A DNA stretch of 63,942 nt from Octopus bimaculoides (GCF_001194135.2 NC_068993.1:13349827-13413768); one strand, 5' to 3'. Shown: positions 48,870 through 62,830, counted from the stretch's first letter. Notes: generated by a model not told the origin, from the letters alone. Translations and numbers: made by a program.

Positions 48870-49260
48870 ATGACGATCAATTCGAGGAGAAATAGCTTTA
48901 CAGAAAAGACCATTTCCCTACCGTGTACACTATTTCTCCAAGATGAAGAAATCCTGAAATATAGTTATCAACTTTTGAATAAAGATCTTCCCTACTAAAG
49001 AGAAAAACGCTTTAGCAGGCCAAACCTATTGCAAGTTTTGAATTCCTGGAATATGTTTATCTGTTTTAAGTGTAGAAACATTCTTTTGAAGTGATAGTTT
49101 TGCTTAAGTTTACTGAACACCTTTAAGGAAAAGAATTCTTCAAGTATGTTTATCAGTTTTGAGAGAGAAAATATTCTGTCGAAGAGACAATTCCTTCGAA
49201 CTGGTGAACGCCTAAGAGGAAATAAATTCCTGGAATATAGTTGTTATTAGTTTTGTGTTA
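48870..49260. repeat. Degenerate tandem repeat, period about 92 bp, about 4 units
   Basis: TCCTG(G/A)AATAT(A/G)-TT motif at 48952, 49044, 49137 and 49228. Confidence 0.65.
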
Positions 49261-50920
49261 GTAGATGTGGAGTAGTGGAGAGAAATGACGGAGATAAGGG
49301 AGAGGAGGCAAATAGCAGAGAGAGAGAGAGGAAGGTGTATGCGATAGAAGAGAGAACAGAGAGGAGAGTGTGGGGTAGGATTTCCTCCGATCTCACTACA
49401 GTTTTAGAATACAATTAGCGAAGAGTAATAGGGAGAAGTTATGCTGAGGGAGAGGTACACACAAAAAAAAAATCTCCTTTACTCTTTTACGTATTTCAGC
49501 CTAAAGGCTGTGGCCATGCTGGGGCACCTGACGAAAAATTGATGAATATATAATGATTGGAAGAGAGGCAGGTTGGGAAGATAAGGAAAAGAGAAGAGAT
49601 ATATGGTTATTTAGAGAGAAGAGAGAGATATAAAGAGCTATTTTAGACAAAGACAATGAATACGAAAAAGAAAATTAAAGAAAATTTATAGAATGAAAAA
49701 CATTCTGTATACTATCACACATCCATCGAAGCAAACAGTTCTTTGTCTGTCTGTCTGTCTCTCTCTCTCTCAAATTCATATATATATATATACACACACA
49801 CATAAAAAGCATGTGACTCATGTATGTGTGTGTGTGTGTCTTTCTCGTTATATATATATATATATATGAGAGAGGGAGAGAGAGGGATGGAGGGAAAGAG
49901 AGAGAGAGAGAGACAGACAGATGGTTGCACATGTAAGGATTTGCAGACGCAAATTTTAATGAAATGTATCTTTATATAAATATATAAACTGCTTTATTTA
50001 GTAAAAACAACATAGCACACCCACACATTGTATGCATACACAATATCACATATACAGACAATAAAAAAAACGTCAGACGAAGAGAAAAAGAGAGAGAGAG
50101 AGTGTCAAGTAGAATAAAATGAAACAGAGAGGGAAATCTGACCGTCTCCGTCCTAAAAGAACCAGAAGAAAATTAATAAAAGCATAGAATATCGATTCAC
50201 CATTTTTGTTTTAAATTGTAGAGAATCCAGGTTAATATTTGTGGGGTTTTGGGTTTGAAAATCGGTTCAGTGCATACCAGTATTATATTGGTGTGCATTT
50301 TATAAACCTTTAAATTATGGGATTTGAACTGAGAGCAAGAAAGATGAAAATATTGTATGGAAAGTATAAAAATATGTTTAACCATCCGCCCTATCTTTTC
50401 GCCCATTACGACACAAAACATCACTGCTAAGTCACACGTGATTACACGAAATTGTTTAAACAAAAATATAAGATCTAAACGGAGTGAAAAAGAATTCCTC
50501 GCAACCACAACTCATTCACAAATTTGAACACGAAGGAACACACAAAGATGCAAACACACACATACACAACAAATATACGTTTATCTTCTGTAGAGCATTT
50601 AAAGACATAGCAACATTTTCTTTCTCTTTTCTCTTACCTTTGTAGAACATTGCAAATATAAAAACATATTTCTCTATATATCTCAGTGTTTTCTCTTTCT
50701 CCCTCTCCGCTCTCTCTCTCTCTCTATCTCTGCTCCTCTTTCTGTCTATCTATCCATCCATGTATTTATCTACACACGCACATACGCAGACACACATACA
50801 TACGCACATACATACATAAATGCGTGTTCGTTAGTTGCGCCTATGTATTTGCATGTATATGTGTCTTTTGTGTGATAATAACAAGAGTTAACTCAAAACA
50901 GAGAATCAAAAAACAAATTG

Positions 50921-50961
<41 letters not shown>

Positions 50962-51400
50962 ACAAACGATTTCATAATACATAATTCGCCAGTAAAAGCA
51001 AGCGAACGAGAGAGAGAGAGAGAGATGACAGAGATAGTATTCGCTTGCTCTCTATGTATGTGTGTGTGCTTATATATCTGTGTACGTTAAAAAAAGGGAA
51101 GTGTGAGAGAAAGAGTGCGAGATGAGACAAATGTAATTTGTGTAAACTGTTCTTAAAACGAGATTTGTTCCGGGCATTCGTAAAAAAACAGAAAATGGCT
51201 GACTTTATCTTTTCTATATGAAATCCATTTTGTTTGGTGTGAACTACTCTTCTAAGATGAATATTTAATGAGATTTGCTGAGCTTCTGATTAGATCTAGG
51301 TAATTATATACTCACTCACTCACTAATGCACACTCATACCTACACAGAATCGACATACATTCGTAATCACTCACACATGCATTAACTTGCTTATGTGTGT

Positions 51401-51459
<59 letters not shown>

Positions 51460-51590
51460 CGTACGTATATATATATATATATGCATGTCGAAATGCATAT
51501 CTACATACACACGCATTAACAAAACAAAACGTTGCTGTAAATCTATTGCATACATTATGCATTCCAGAAAGAGGAAAATTCTGCAAAATA

Positions 51591-51640
<50 letters not shown>

Positions 51641-54600
51641 GTATTTAACTACTTCATATGTACAGTCCTATTCTTCTCCACATTACGGCATGCATCAGTG
51701 ACTCGCAAAAAAGCATGTACACGATGAATGTAGATATATTCCAGTACGATTTTATGTTTCCATCCATCGCGTCATTACAGTCAGCCATATACGCCAGAAC
51801 GAAATATCACTAATAATTGTGCCAATTCGCCACATCGTTGAAATTGTCACTGTTGAACTGGCAAATCTTTGAGACTCGTGTAGAATTCACACTGCGCAAC
51901 TTTTGGTTTTGCTTATATTATAGATTTTACGGTATTGCTACGTTCCTTTTCTTCTTTCTTATTTTTTCATTGTTCTTTTGTCGTGTTATGGGTATATTCT
52001 ACAGATACAGTTTAATAATTTCAGGTCAAGTTTATACGATAGCACTAAGGACATCGGTCAAAAAACTAAGTACGGTTTACAGATATATTTCTCTAAACCT
52101 GCCATATCTCCTGCTTAGCAAAGAGTATGCATTATAGTCCATAATACAATAGTTTATCGATCACAGTGGTTACTTCTTTTTGCAAATGGTTCACATTTGC
52201 GCATGGTTCACATTTATATTACATCTTACTTTATATATAAAAATAGCCTACTTTTCTAACACTGACAATGCTAATGTAAACAAAAGTTAAACGAATCGTG
52301 GTATTTAGTATTTGTTTATTTTATGCCCTCACATATTCATTTGTCTATAAATTTGTTAAATCCGTAACAATTTTAAGAAACGTTCCAAGACTACAGAGTC
52401 AGCTTGTGAACTGTAGGTCATTCTCTGCAGGCTTCTTGTTTAGTATTCTTGGTGTTGAAAAATTCTCTTTTTCCAATTGCAGCGAATGCCTGTAGATCCT
52501 GACGGAGAAGTAATATAACTAAAAATGGCTTCGAAGCGAGGAAACTTCTAAATACTCTAAAATTATCACAAAACCATATTTTAAGGGGAGAAAATTCAGT
52601 TGATCGAACAGATTACACTATTTCAGGAATTTAATTTATAGATCCTGAATAGACAAAGTGTAAATCAGAGAGTGTTTTGAAAGTAAATGTCCGTTGTATA
52701 GACTGAAATATATTATCTGCAGCTAATCCACGGCTTATGACCCTCCCACAACTTTACGACTGGACAAATATGAAAGAATAGGCATCCGTTGTTGATGTTG
52801 TTCTTGTTCTTATTATTTCTGTTGCTGCTGTTGTTTAGACCTAAGTTAAACTTGTTCGAGGAAATTTACAGTCAAACTACGTTCCGTTCGTGACCGTTAT
52901 GTTAGGTCATTTATTCAGATATAGTGTATCTGAGAGTACAGTAGCCAATGTTTCAAGCCATTTTAAAGTGTATAGAATCTAGCATGAAGGAGATTCGACC
53001 ATTTTTTTCTTTCAGAAGATGCGATCAACCAACAGCTCTCTTAACTCTTACCGTATCTCAGCTTCTATCTGAGGGCAGGCATTCGACATTTTCAAGACGG
53101 GAAACGCTAACTCAAATGATTACAGAGTATGAAACGTATAAAGGAGCTAGGGAAAAGAAACTGTGAAACAACAACAACAACATCCAACAACATTGGCAAT
53201 AACAAATGCAACGACATTCAGACACGAACGGAGAATCTCATGAGAAAACATCATGTTATTTTTATTTATTTTGACACACCATATATAATATGCTTTCCCT
53301 TAATAATGCGTGACATAGATGGATGTATATTTTGGAAGTGCATGTGTAAAATATATGTTGGCATAAACGCCAACATGTGTGTGTGTGTGTATTTGTGTAT
53401 ACGTGTGTTTGTGTTCTTGTTTATTTTTGCCATTTATGCAATGAGTGTTGTTTCTCTGTTAGTGTGCTTATGTGTGAGGATATGTAAATACGTGCCTATG
53501 ACTGCCCTGGACACAAAACACAGCATACTAAATGTATCCAGTTGATGAAAGTAGCTGTTGCGAGAGATGGAAATGTGTTTTAGAGATGATAGAATTACAG
53601 ATGTACGATAAACGTGAGGATGCGAAACGTTATTTTTCACGATACAACCTTATTTATGGAACAAAGGTTTTGCATCAAGTCTTACACATCAAGACACATT
53701 TTAGCTCTATGACCTCCAGGTTTGCTCCATCTAGTTTGACCTTGTTTTGGATATTATTATGCATGCTATGAAGGTCATTTAGCTGGTATTTCTAGCAGGT
53801 CGAGCTCCTTCTTTGAATATTTAAAAAAAACAGCATGCATTTTTAATCCAAGCTGCAACCACACAAGTCGATACTGCGAGTTTCCTGTTGTCTATTTAGT
53901 TATAGAGGTTTCTGTTTCTATATCAGTAATTGATGTTGTTACGGTGGTGGTGGTGGTGGGGTGGGGTGGAGAATGGTGATGATGATGCTGTTGATGTTGG
54001 TGGTGTTTAATCGCAGGTCAACGACCTAGGAGACTTATGTCCAAAAGTATTTTCGCCATCTTCACCACGACCGTTTCCTATGTACAATGAAAAGCCTAAC
54101 ATATCTTCTGTTTCACATAATAACAGACTGAGGTTTGAGGATGATTTCACTGCAATTTCTAACAGGTCATGCTACCATGCAGAGGCTTCATTGTAGGCTC
54201 ACGTTAATTATACCTATGTTATTTATTAAATTATGTATATATTTATTTTACTGTAGTAACGACAGGTACTTTGATATTATCATTATTCACAGTGTTTCAT
54301 AGTAGTTGTAGTCTAGAAGCAGCGGTAGCAGCAGTAGGGATAACATCAGCAGCAGCAGATGTAGCAGTATGAATGAGAACGATTGGGTGATGTGTCTGAT
54401 ATATAAAAAAAAAATGAAAAAAAAAGAAAGAAAAACGAGAAGATAGGACAGTAACAGTTGAAATAAGTTTTGTTCGTAAAATTGCTCAGTCAGAGTAGAC
54501 CTGTGGTTAAACACTGCCAACAATAATAACAGTAAAAACCAGTGGAGAAACAAATAACATTACAAACCATAGAAATTGGATATTGCAGTTGCAGCGGCCG

Positions 54601-54721
54601 CATGTGCAGCAGTTGTTAACACATGTAGCAGAAGCAGCAGTAGTAGTACTATGTATATATTCAAAAGATGCACATGTGTGTATATGTATGCATGTATTTA
54701 TATATACGTGTGTATGTGCGT

Positions 54722-54925
<204 letters not shown>

Positions 54926-55171
54926 ACATACACGCTTATGAAAACAGTCGAGATAATTTTGAAATTGTAATAAGGTAAATCCCTTCCTTACGTATTTATA
55001 TCTATACCTGGAGGATAACCGAATTTCCACTGAAATATTCCTCCAAATCTCCTCTGTCTGTCTCACTGTCTCTCTTTCTCTCTCTCCCTCACTGTGTCTT
55101 TCATACATGTATGTGTGTGTGCATACATGTTATGTACATATATATATATATATATATGTATTTGTGTGTGT

Positions 55172-55220
<49 letters not shown>

Positions 55221-55252
55221 CATATCTGGATGAATGTATGTATCAATTTCTA

Positions 55253-55654
55253 TCTCTTACTTGTTTCAGTCATTTGACCGCGGCCATGCTGGTGCACCGC
55301 CTTGAAAAGTTTTAGTCGAATGAATCTCAGCACGTTCTTTTAAACCCAATCCTTATTCTATTCTTTTGCCGAACTGCTAAGCTACTGAGACGTATAAACA
55401 ACAGTTGTCAGGTTGCAGGGGGTGGCGTGTACGGAAGCAGACGCCAAAACACATACACACATATGTGTACATATATGTGCATATACACGATAGGTTTCTT
55501 TCAGTTTCCGTAAAAAAAAATCCACTTTCTGTGCTTATATCAATCCGGGCTATAGTTGAAGACATTCACCCAAGATGCCACGCACTGGAACTCTGAGACT
55601 GAAACTAGAATCATATGGTTGAGAAGCAACTGTTCTACTACACAGCCACGCCTG
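55253..55654 (-). mobile_element. SINE family A, full length
   Basis: Tail TCTTACTTGTTTCAGTCATTTGACCGCGGCCATGCTGG, central microsatellite, head CACAGCCACGCCTG. Confidence 0.88.
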
Positions 55655-55682
55655 AACTTACAATACATATACCCCTTAGGCC

Positions 55683-56072
55683 CAGGAGTGGCTGTGTGGT
55701 AAGTAGCTTGCTTACCAACCACATGGTTCCGGGTTCAGTCCCACTGCGTGGCATCTTGGGCAAGTGTCTTCTACTATAGCTTCGGGCCGATCAAAGCCTT
55801 GTGAGTGGATTTGGTAGACGGAAACTGAAAGAAGCCCGTCGTATATATGTATGTATATGTTTGTTTGTCTGTGTCTGTTCCCCCAACATCGGTTGACAAC
55901 CGATGGTTGTGTGTTTACGTACCTGTAACTTAGCGGTTCGGCAAAAAAGAGACCGATAGAATAAGTACTAGGCTTCCAAAGAATAAGTCCTGGGGTCGAT
56001 TTGCTCGACTAAAGGCGGTGCTCCAGCATGGCCACAGTCAAATGACTGAAACAAGTAAAAGGGAAAAGAGTA
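55683..56072 (+). mobile_element. SINE family A, full length, well preserved
   Basis: tRNA-like head (TGGCTGTGTGGTAAG, GGTTCAGTCCC), CORE-like CTTGGGCAAGTGTCTT, internal microsatellite, 3' half ending GTCAAATGACTGAAACAAGTAAAAG. Confidence 0.93.
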
Positions 56073-56830
56073 GAGTCATACCTTAACTTCTAGCCGTTGT
56101 TCCTGTATAACATATCTTTCATATTAAAATAACGTTGAGTAAGGTCTTCATTCATTCGTACACTACGGCCGCAGTCTAATATAGTTGTATCATTAGCCCT
56201 ATTGTTGTTTTGGTTTAACCCAATCCAAACCCTGTCAGTGAAGATCTATGAAGATCAAATTCTCTTTTGAGTTGTAGTGTATTTAGGTGCCAATATCAAA
56301 AGCGTCCTCATGTTTTACCTTTTGAGAAAGTAGAATATGCTTTGAGGGTCACAGTGTGCTTGCATTGGCCTCCCCCACTGGCTTGAAAATAAATGTTGCA
56401 CATCGTAATGTAATACATTTTTTCTTCCTGTTGTTTATGCTCAGCTCAGCTCTGATCGTGCGATCAAAGCCATTATAGTTCTCACAATCTCATCATTATT
56501 TCCTAGGTTCTGGCTAACCAAATTCACTTTATCTAATGATTAATACTTTAAAACGGTAGATTATGCTTTGAGGGAGATTTGTGTGGTATTGCTCACGTTA
56601 AGAAACATTGATTCAATATCGTCCAGTAGGACATTGGTGCTTTTAACAAATGTCCACTGTGTTGCGAACACTCTGATCAAGTCTCCGATTTAAGAATAAA
56701 AATCTCTTTCTCTTAGCAATCTCGGAGTCTGGTAAATATATATACATATTTAGCAGAAGCAACAGAGAAACTTAAGGGCCGAGAGATTCGTGCGTTAGCC
56801 CTTATGACATATATATATATATATATATAT

Positions 56831-56962
56831 GTAGTAAGTAGCTTGCTTACCAACCACATAGTTCCGGGTTCAGTCCCACTGCGTGGCACCTTGGGCAAGT
56901 GTCTTCTACTATAGCCTCGGGCCGACCAAACGATTTAGTAGACGGAAACTGAAAGAAGCCCG

Positions 56963-57025
<63 letters not shown>

Positions 57026-57246
57026 TGTGTGTGTGTGTGTGTGTGTGTTTGTCCCCACAACATCGCTTGACAACAGATGTTGGTGTGTTTACTCCCCTGT
57101 AACTTAGCGGTTCGGCAAAAGAACCGATAGAATAAGTATTAGGCTTCCAAAGAATAAGTCCTGGGGTCGATTTGCTTGACTAAAGGTGGTGCTCCAGCAT
57201 GGTCACAGTCAAATGACTGAAACAAGTAAAAGAAAGAAAAAGAAAG
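56831..57246 (+). mobile_element. SINE family A, slightly 5'-truncated, expanded internal (TA)n(GT)n
   Basis: Colinear with 55683-56072; (GAAA)n tail. Confidence 0.93.
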
Positions 57247-57822
57247 ATAGTTGATAGGAACATAGAAATTGAAACAAATAGACTGGGAGACGAAAGAAAA
57301 AAACAGAGAGAGAAAGAGAGAAAGAAAGAGATAGAGAGATGGAGAGGGAGAAAGAAAGAGAGCGAGAGCGGATGTTGTAGCTAAAGGAGGAAAGACCAGA
57401 GAGGATTAGAATGCAAAGTAATTCTATATTCTCTAATTCTAAATCAAACCAAAATTACTGTTTCTTTGACGCGCCTGTTGTGGTTTCCCTGATTTCTAGT
57501 TCATATGGTTATTAATATCAGGAAGAATGCTGCTGAAGGTTGAGCTGTAACTGTCTGTCAATGATAACAGAACAGCTTTCTCTTTAAATACGGTGCTGTT
57601 TGCACCTGCTTCAATAAATGTTGAACATTAAAAAAAAATTTATAATCAGATATATTAAATATCTGCACACATCTTGAAAATTGATAAGCAGAGGCGGTGC
57701 GGCTAGCAATGATATCTTATTATATATATACATGATTACTTGTATATCTTTATATGCACAAGACAAGCATACACATACATGTACATACTTATAGATAGAG
57801 AGATAAATAGATTCCCACACCC

Positions 57823-57883
<61 letters not shown>

Positions 57884-57961
57884 TTTAAATTTATTTATAC
57901 ACACGCGCGCATATGTAAAAATGTTATGTTGTATGCATACACACGTGATTTTATTTTTTCA

Positions 57962-58185
57962 TTCTTTTACTTGCTTCACCCACTAAACTGGTGTCATGCT
58001 GGGGCACCGCCTTGAAGAAATCTTTAGTCGAATGAATCGATCACAGTACTTCCTTTTGCCAAGTTTGCTATATGTCGGTTCCCTTTGCCGAACTGTTAAG
58101 TTACGGGGACGTAAACACACCAACACCAAGCTGTGGTGAGGGACAAACACAGACTCAAACACACACACACACACGACGGGCTTCT
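57962..58185 (-). mobile_element. SINE family A, 3' half
   Basis: CATGCTGGGGCACCGCCTTGAAG...TTTGCCGAACTGTTAAGTTACGGGGACGTAAACACACC...ACGACGGGCTTCT. Confidence 0.87.
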
Positions 58186-59024
58186 AGTTACATGTTTGTG
58201 TACAAATGCGTGCGTATTATGTAATCACAGCACATATTTTATACAAACTGGTTGAATTGCTTCTATATGTCACTGAAAGGCAGGGATGGGAACGGGGAGG
58301 GGGAGAGATAAGAAGATGGAGCACGATAATCGATGAAGAGATTGATGGAGAAAAGACAGGGACAAAATAAAGTAGATGTGCATGTATATGTCTGTATTTT
58401 ACTGTCAGAATATTTAAAACATATTTTAGATTATAGACGAGATAATACGACGCTTGAAATTCAAGCAGATGGTCACGGATAGATTGCATTTGGTATTATC
58501 ATGTTATCAAATGGGATCCACCTGGCATGAGAGCTGAATTGGGCCCCAGCAACAAGCACAATTACGACTATAGAATTGAAGGAAGAACTCTTAGATTTAC
58601 TAGATTTTCCATGATTCCTGTATAGTTTTTCATTGCTCACAAGTCAGTGTCAAACACTACCTTCTCTCTGACATGCGTACTCTGTACTTCCTCTGCTTTC
58701 TCTGCCGCGATATACAGCGGTATTTACTTTTCAGATTTCAATGTTCCCATGCTGGGCTTTTCTTGAAACCGGCAATTTTTTCATCCACTCAAGACACTAC
58801 ACTTAACACTGCGTCAATACTTTCTCCCTCAGTTAGTCATCCCTCCAAGAATTCCTCCTCTGCACTATTTTTTCCTAATTTCATCGACAAGTACTAGTTC
58901 ACGCGGAACATTAACCTCATTGATCAAACCAGTCACTGAAAATCTGCGATAACAATACGTACAGTCCGTTCCTCTATACAAAAAAAATAACACAAAATAA
59001 CTGAGCCAAGATCAATCTAAAAGA

Positions 59025-59027
<3 letters not shown>

Positions 59028-59092
<65 letters not shown>
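59028..59092. repeat. (TA)n microsatellite
   Basis: Seen directly. Confidence 0.97.
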
Positions 59093-59097
<5 letters not shown>

Positions 59098-59671
59098 TGC
59101 ACTATACTAATCTACTTACCTACATACCAACCAACCAACCAATGAACATGCTAACCTAGCTATAAATACAAGGAATCGCATCTAACATGTGACCAAGTCG
59201 TTTAACTTTCACTCTGAGAATAATTGCTAATAAATAAAATGCATTATTGATAGAACGCAGAAAGATGTAAATATTTAATCAATGCGCAACAGCTGCATTC
59301 TTATGTATTTCTATACATTTCTATGCATTTTTTTCTGTATTCATTTTACTCATTATATATATAAGCATGCTTGTGCTTGTATGCGTCAAGATGCAGCGAT
59401 TCACGCAATAATGAATGCATTATTATTCTTCGCTCGATTGTCGTCTTCTTAAATATTTCTAAATCAGCAGCGAAGGTTAATTGAAGGATTTCGGAAATGC
59501 ATTTATGTCACAACATTACACACGGAGCAAAGCTGAAATTTCAATATCTAGATTCTTTTATCGACAATTTTATTTGTTATTTTTAGCAATTTTTATTTAT
59601 AAACTCACGTGTCTCCTTATAGTCTCTCTTTGCTTTCACCTCTCTCTCTCTCCATCTATATCAATCAAACA

Positions 59672-59718
<47 letters not shown>

Positions 59719-60142
59719 GGAACACAGGCATTCACTCATGAATATGTCTATACATAACTATGAGTGTACGGGCTGTGTACGTGGAAAGTTCACGTGCCTC
59801 CGAATATATGTATGCATATATATATATATATATATATATTTGTATATTAGACACACGCACGCAGACACTTGAACTTGTGTATGTATGTACGATTATGAGG
59901 TGTGTATGTACAGATTTTCATATGTATACGAAGCATCTTGAGGCAATCATATAGCGCTGGCGCTCCCTTAGATATATTCCAAAAATTATAATATCCATCT
60001 ACGAGCAGTCTTTACCATTTGGCTCTTTGCCATGTCTAGTTAGTCTCGTACGATTACCTGAAATCTCTATATAGTCTATTCTTAAACTCTATTTTTAATA
60101 GCCTACTTTCATATACATAAATACTCACACACACATATATAC

Positions 60143-60196
<54 letters not shown>

Positions 60197-60732
60197 NNNN
60201 NNNNNNNNNNNNNNNNNNNNNNNNNNNNNNNNNNNNNNNNNNNNNNNNNNNNNNNNNNNNNNNNNNNNNNNNNNNNNNNNNNNNNNNNNNNNNNNNNNNN
60301 NNNNNNNNNNNNNNNNNNNNNNNNNNNNNNNNNNNNNNNNNNNNNNNNNNNNNNNNNNNNNNNNNNNNNNNNNNNNNNNNNNNNNNNNNNNNNNNNNNNN
60401 NNNNNNNNNNNNNNNNNNNNNNNNNNNNNNNNNNNNNNNNNNNNNNNNNNNNNNNNNNNNNNNNNNNNNNNNNNNNNNNNNNNNNNNNNNNNNNNNNNNN
60501 NNNNNNNNNNNNNNNNNNNNNNNNNNNNNNNNNNNNNNNNNNNNNNNNNNNNNNNNNNNNNNNNNNNNNNNNNNNNNNNNNNNNNNNNNNNNNNNNNNNN
60601 NNNNNNNNNNNNNNNNNNNNNNNNNNNNNNNNNNNNNNNNNNNNNNNNNNNNNNNNNNNNNNNNNNNNNNNNNNNNNNNNNNNNNNNNNNNNNNNNNNNN
60701 NNNNNNNNNNNNNNNNNNNNNNNNNNNNNNNN
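60197..60732. other. Assembly gap (536 N) within (TA)n
   Basis: N run seen directly. Confidence 0.99.
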
Positions 60733-61672
60733 ATATATATATATACATACGTGTGTGTATATATAATATAATATATATATATTATATATATATATATATA
60801 TACATACACATGTATTTTTGTCTTACATATAAGTATTTATACACACACACACATATACGTATATATTCATGCATTTAGATATATATACAAACTCAGAAAC
60901 ACACACATATATCTATATTAATTCATGCGTGTATACATACATATATGCACCTACATATATAATGTGCGCATTCAGACACATACAGACCCGTACATGAACA
61001 CATATATACGCGTTATTTTATTCTCGATGTTTTATCACCAACAGTAAATGTTTTAACATCTGTATCTTTATATTTATTCTTTTGTATTTATGTTGTCACA
61101 ATGTTATTCCCTTCCCGAAAAAATACCAACGATGAAAGACGTTGTTGTTTTGGTAATGACGACTTTAAAGATCCAAAACGTATACAAGAAGACAATCCAA
61201 TTTGTCGTAAATGTAAAAGGACGATAGGCCATGCCATCAAAGACAATTCGCGTAACTCTTTCTGCTCAATTATCAGAACAACGGATCGGAGGGATTTCAA
61301 ACATTAAGTTCATTTTGTTCCCATTCAGATTAATATGAATAACAATATTTTAGTATGATGCATTGGCAGAATCGCTTGAGCGGCAGGAAAAATACTTCAC
61401 GGCATATAAATTTCTCACTAAATATTTTCATCTTGTAGAAATTTGAAGTAGTGATTCTGAGCAGGTACATGAAATGTCGCTTGTCTCACTTGCAAATTTA
61501 ATGCCTGATTGAAAGAAATGGAGCCATTTTTGTGCTCCTCGCTTCATCAAATAGCATCAATAAAAATAAGGTGACCAATGAATGGTCTTCGTTTAACATT
61601 TATTTAATTTTCATAATTTCCACATGAGATAAGTACATACACACACAAACACACTTATACGTACACACACAC

Positions 61673-61726
<54 letters not shown>

Positions 61727-61910
61727 GTATATATACCTAAATGTAATTTATATGTTTACATGTCTCCCGGGGTGAGGCTGTCACTTATTTATTGTTACAT
61801 ATGCCGGTATGTGTGCATGTTAGACTTCCCTTTTTCCTAAATGTATACTTCCGTTTGTGTGTGTTCGTGTGTATATGTGTGTATGCGCGCGTGTAAGTCA
61901 TAGTGGTTGC

Positions 61911-62066
61911 CTGCTGTTCAGGAATATACACTTCAGCAACCGCAGCCCAGGGCCCCATAGTTGAATCTTCTAAGATATGAACTGTGAGGTCAACATCCGA
62001 ATTATTACAGATGTTCACTCCATTTTCCCTTAATATTCCATTATCCTTCACTAAAGACACCACTAA
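61911..62066 (-). CDS. Candidate 156-nt exon, unidentified (LVVSLVKDNGILRENGVNICNNSDVDLTVHILEDSTMGPWAAVAEVYIPEQQ)
   Basis: Strong acceptor tttcttttcgtttttttttatcag|. The only open frame runs for at least 52 non-repetitive codons. The best donor is a weak non-canonical CAG|gcaacc. Confidence 0.3.
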
Positions 62067-62124
62067 CTGATAAAAAAAAACGAAAAGAAATGCTTACGAT
62101 CCCTATATCTCCCTTTCTCTGCAT

Positions 62125-62158
<34 letters not shown>

Positions 62159-62409
62159 GAAAATAAGAGCAAATTGCAAACCTACCCACTCTACCTCCAA
62201 GTAATAATTCCTATATTATAAAAAGTAAAAAATATAGAATAGTTATAGTATCAAGAAGGCCTCCCAAAGCACTCATGTACTACTTTGCCCTATGGATGCC
62301 TTCAGTGGGGTCCTGACCTTGTCAAAAACACGTATGCACATATATATTACATCTACATGCTTTCTCTCTCACCCCGTCTCTCTCTCCCTCTAACTCTCCC
62401 CTGCATGTT

Positions 62410-62505
62410 TATATCAACGATATATATATGTATATGGATGTACATATGTGTGTATATATATATATATATACACATATATATATATATATATATATATGGA
62501 TGTAC

Positions 62506-62546
<41 letters not shown>

Positions 62547-62830
62547 CACACACACATATATGTATATATATGTATACGTGTGTGTATATATATGTATATA
62601 TATATGTGTGTATATAAATATTTATGTATATACATTTACATATGTGTATATATGTATATATATATATATATATATGTATACATATATATATAATCCCATA
62701 TACATATATACATAAATATTTACATATGTTCTCACACGTTCATATATGTGTCTACATATTTACACACACACAAAAATATATACATAAGCATCTACATACA
62801 CACACATATATATATATATATATAAAGTGT
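62410..62830. repeat. Compound (TA)/(TG)/(CA) microsatellite field with internal duplication
   Basis: TATATGGATGTACATATGTGTGTATATA occurs twice (about 62431 and 62493). Confidence 0.92.

Noticed and set aside
48870-49260. C2H2 zinc-finger array (expanded in octopus)
   Set aside because: Period is about 92 bp rather than 84, with no CxxC/HxxxH/TGEKP codons.
53943-53975. G-rich (GGT)n/GGGGT tract as a G-quadruplex
   Set aside because: Mostly two-G runs within a common trinucleotide repeat.
58690-58900. Minus-strand KKSPAWEH, BED-finger-like, in a stop-ridden frame
   Set aside because: No downstream CxxC/HxxxH pattern; likely chance.
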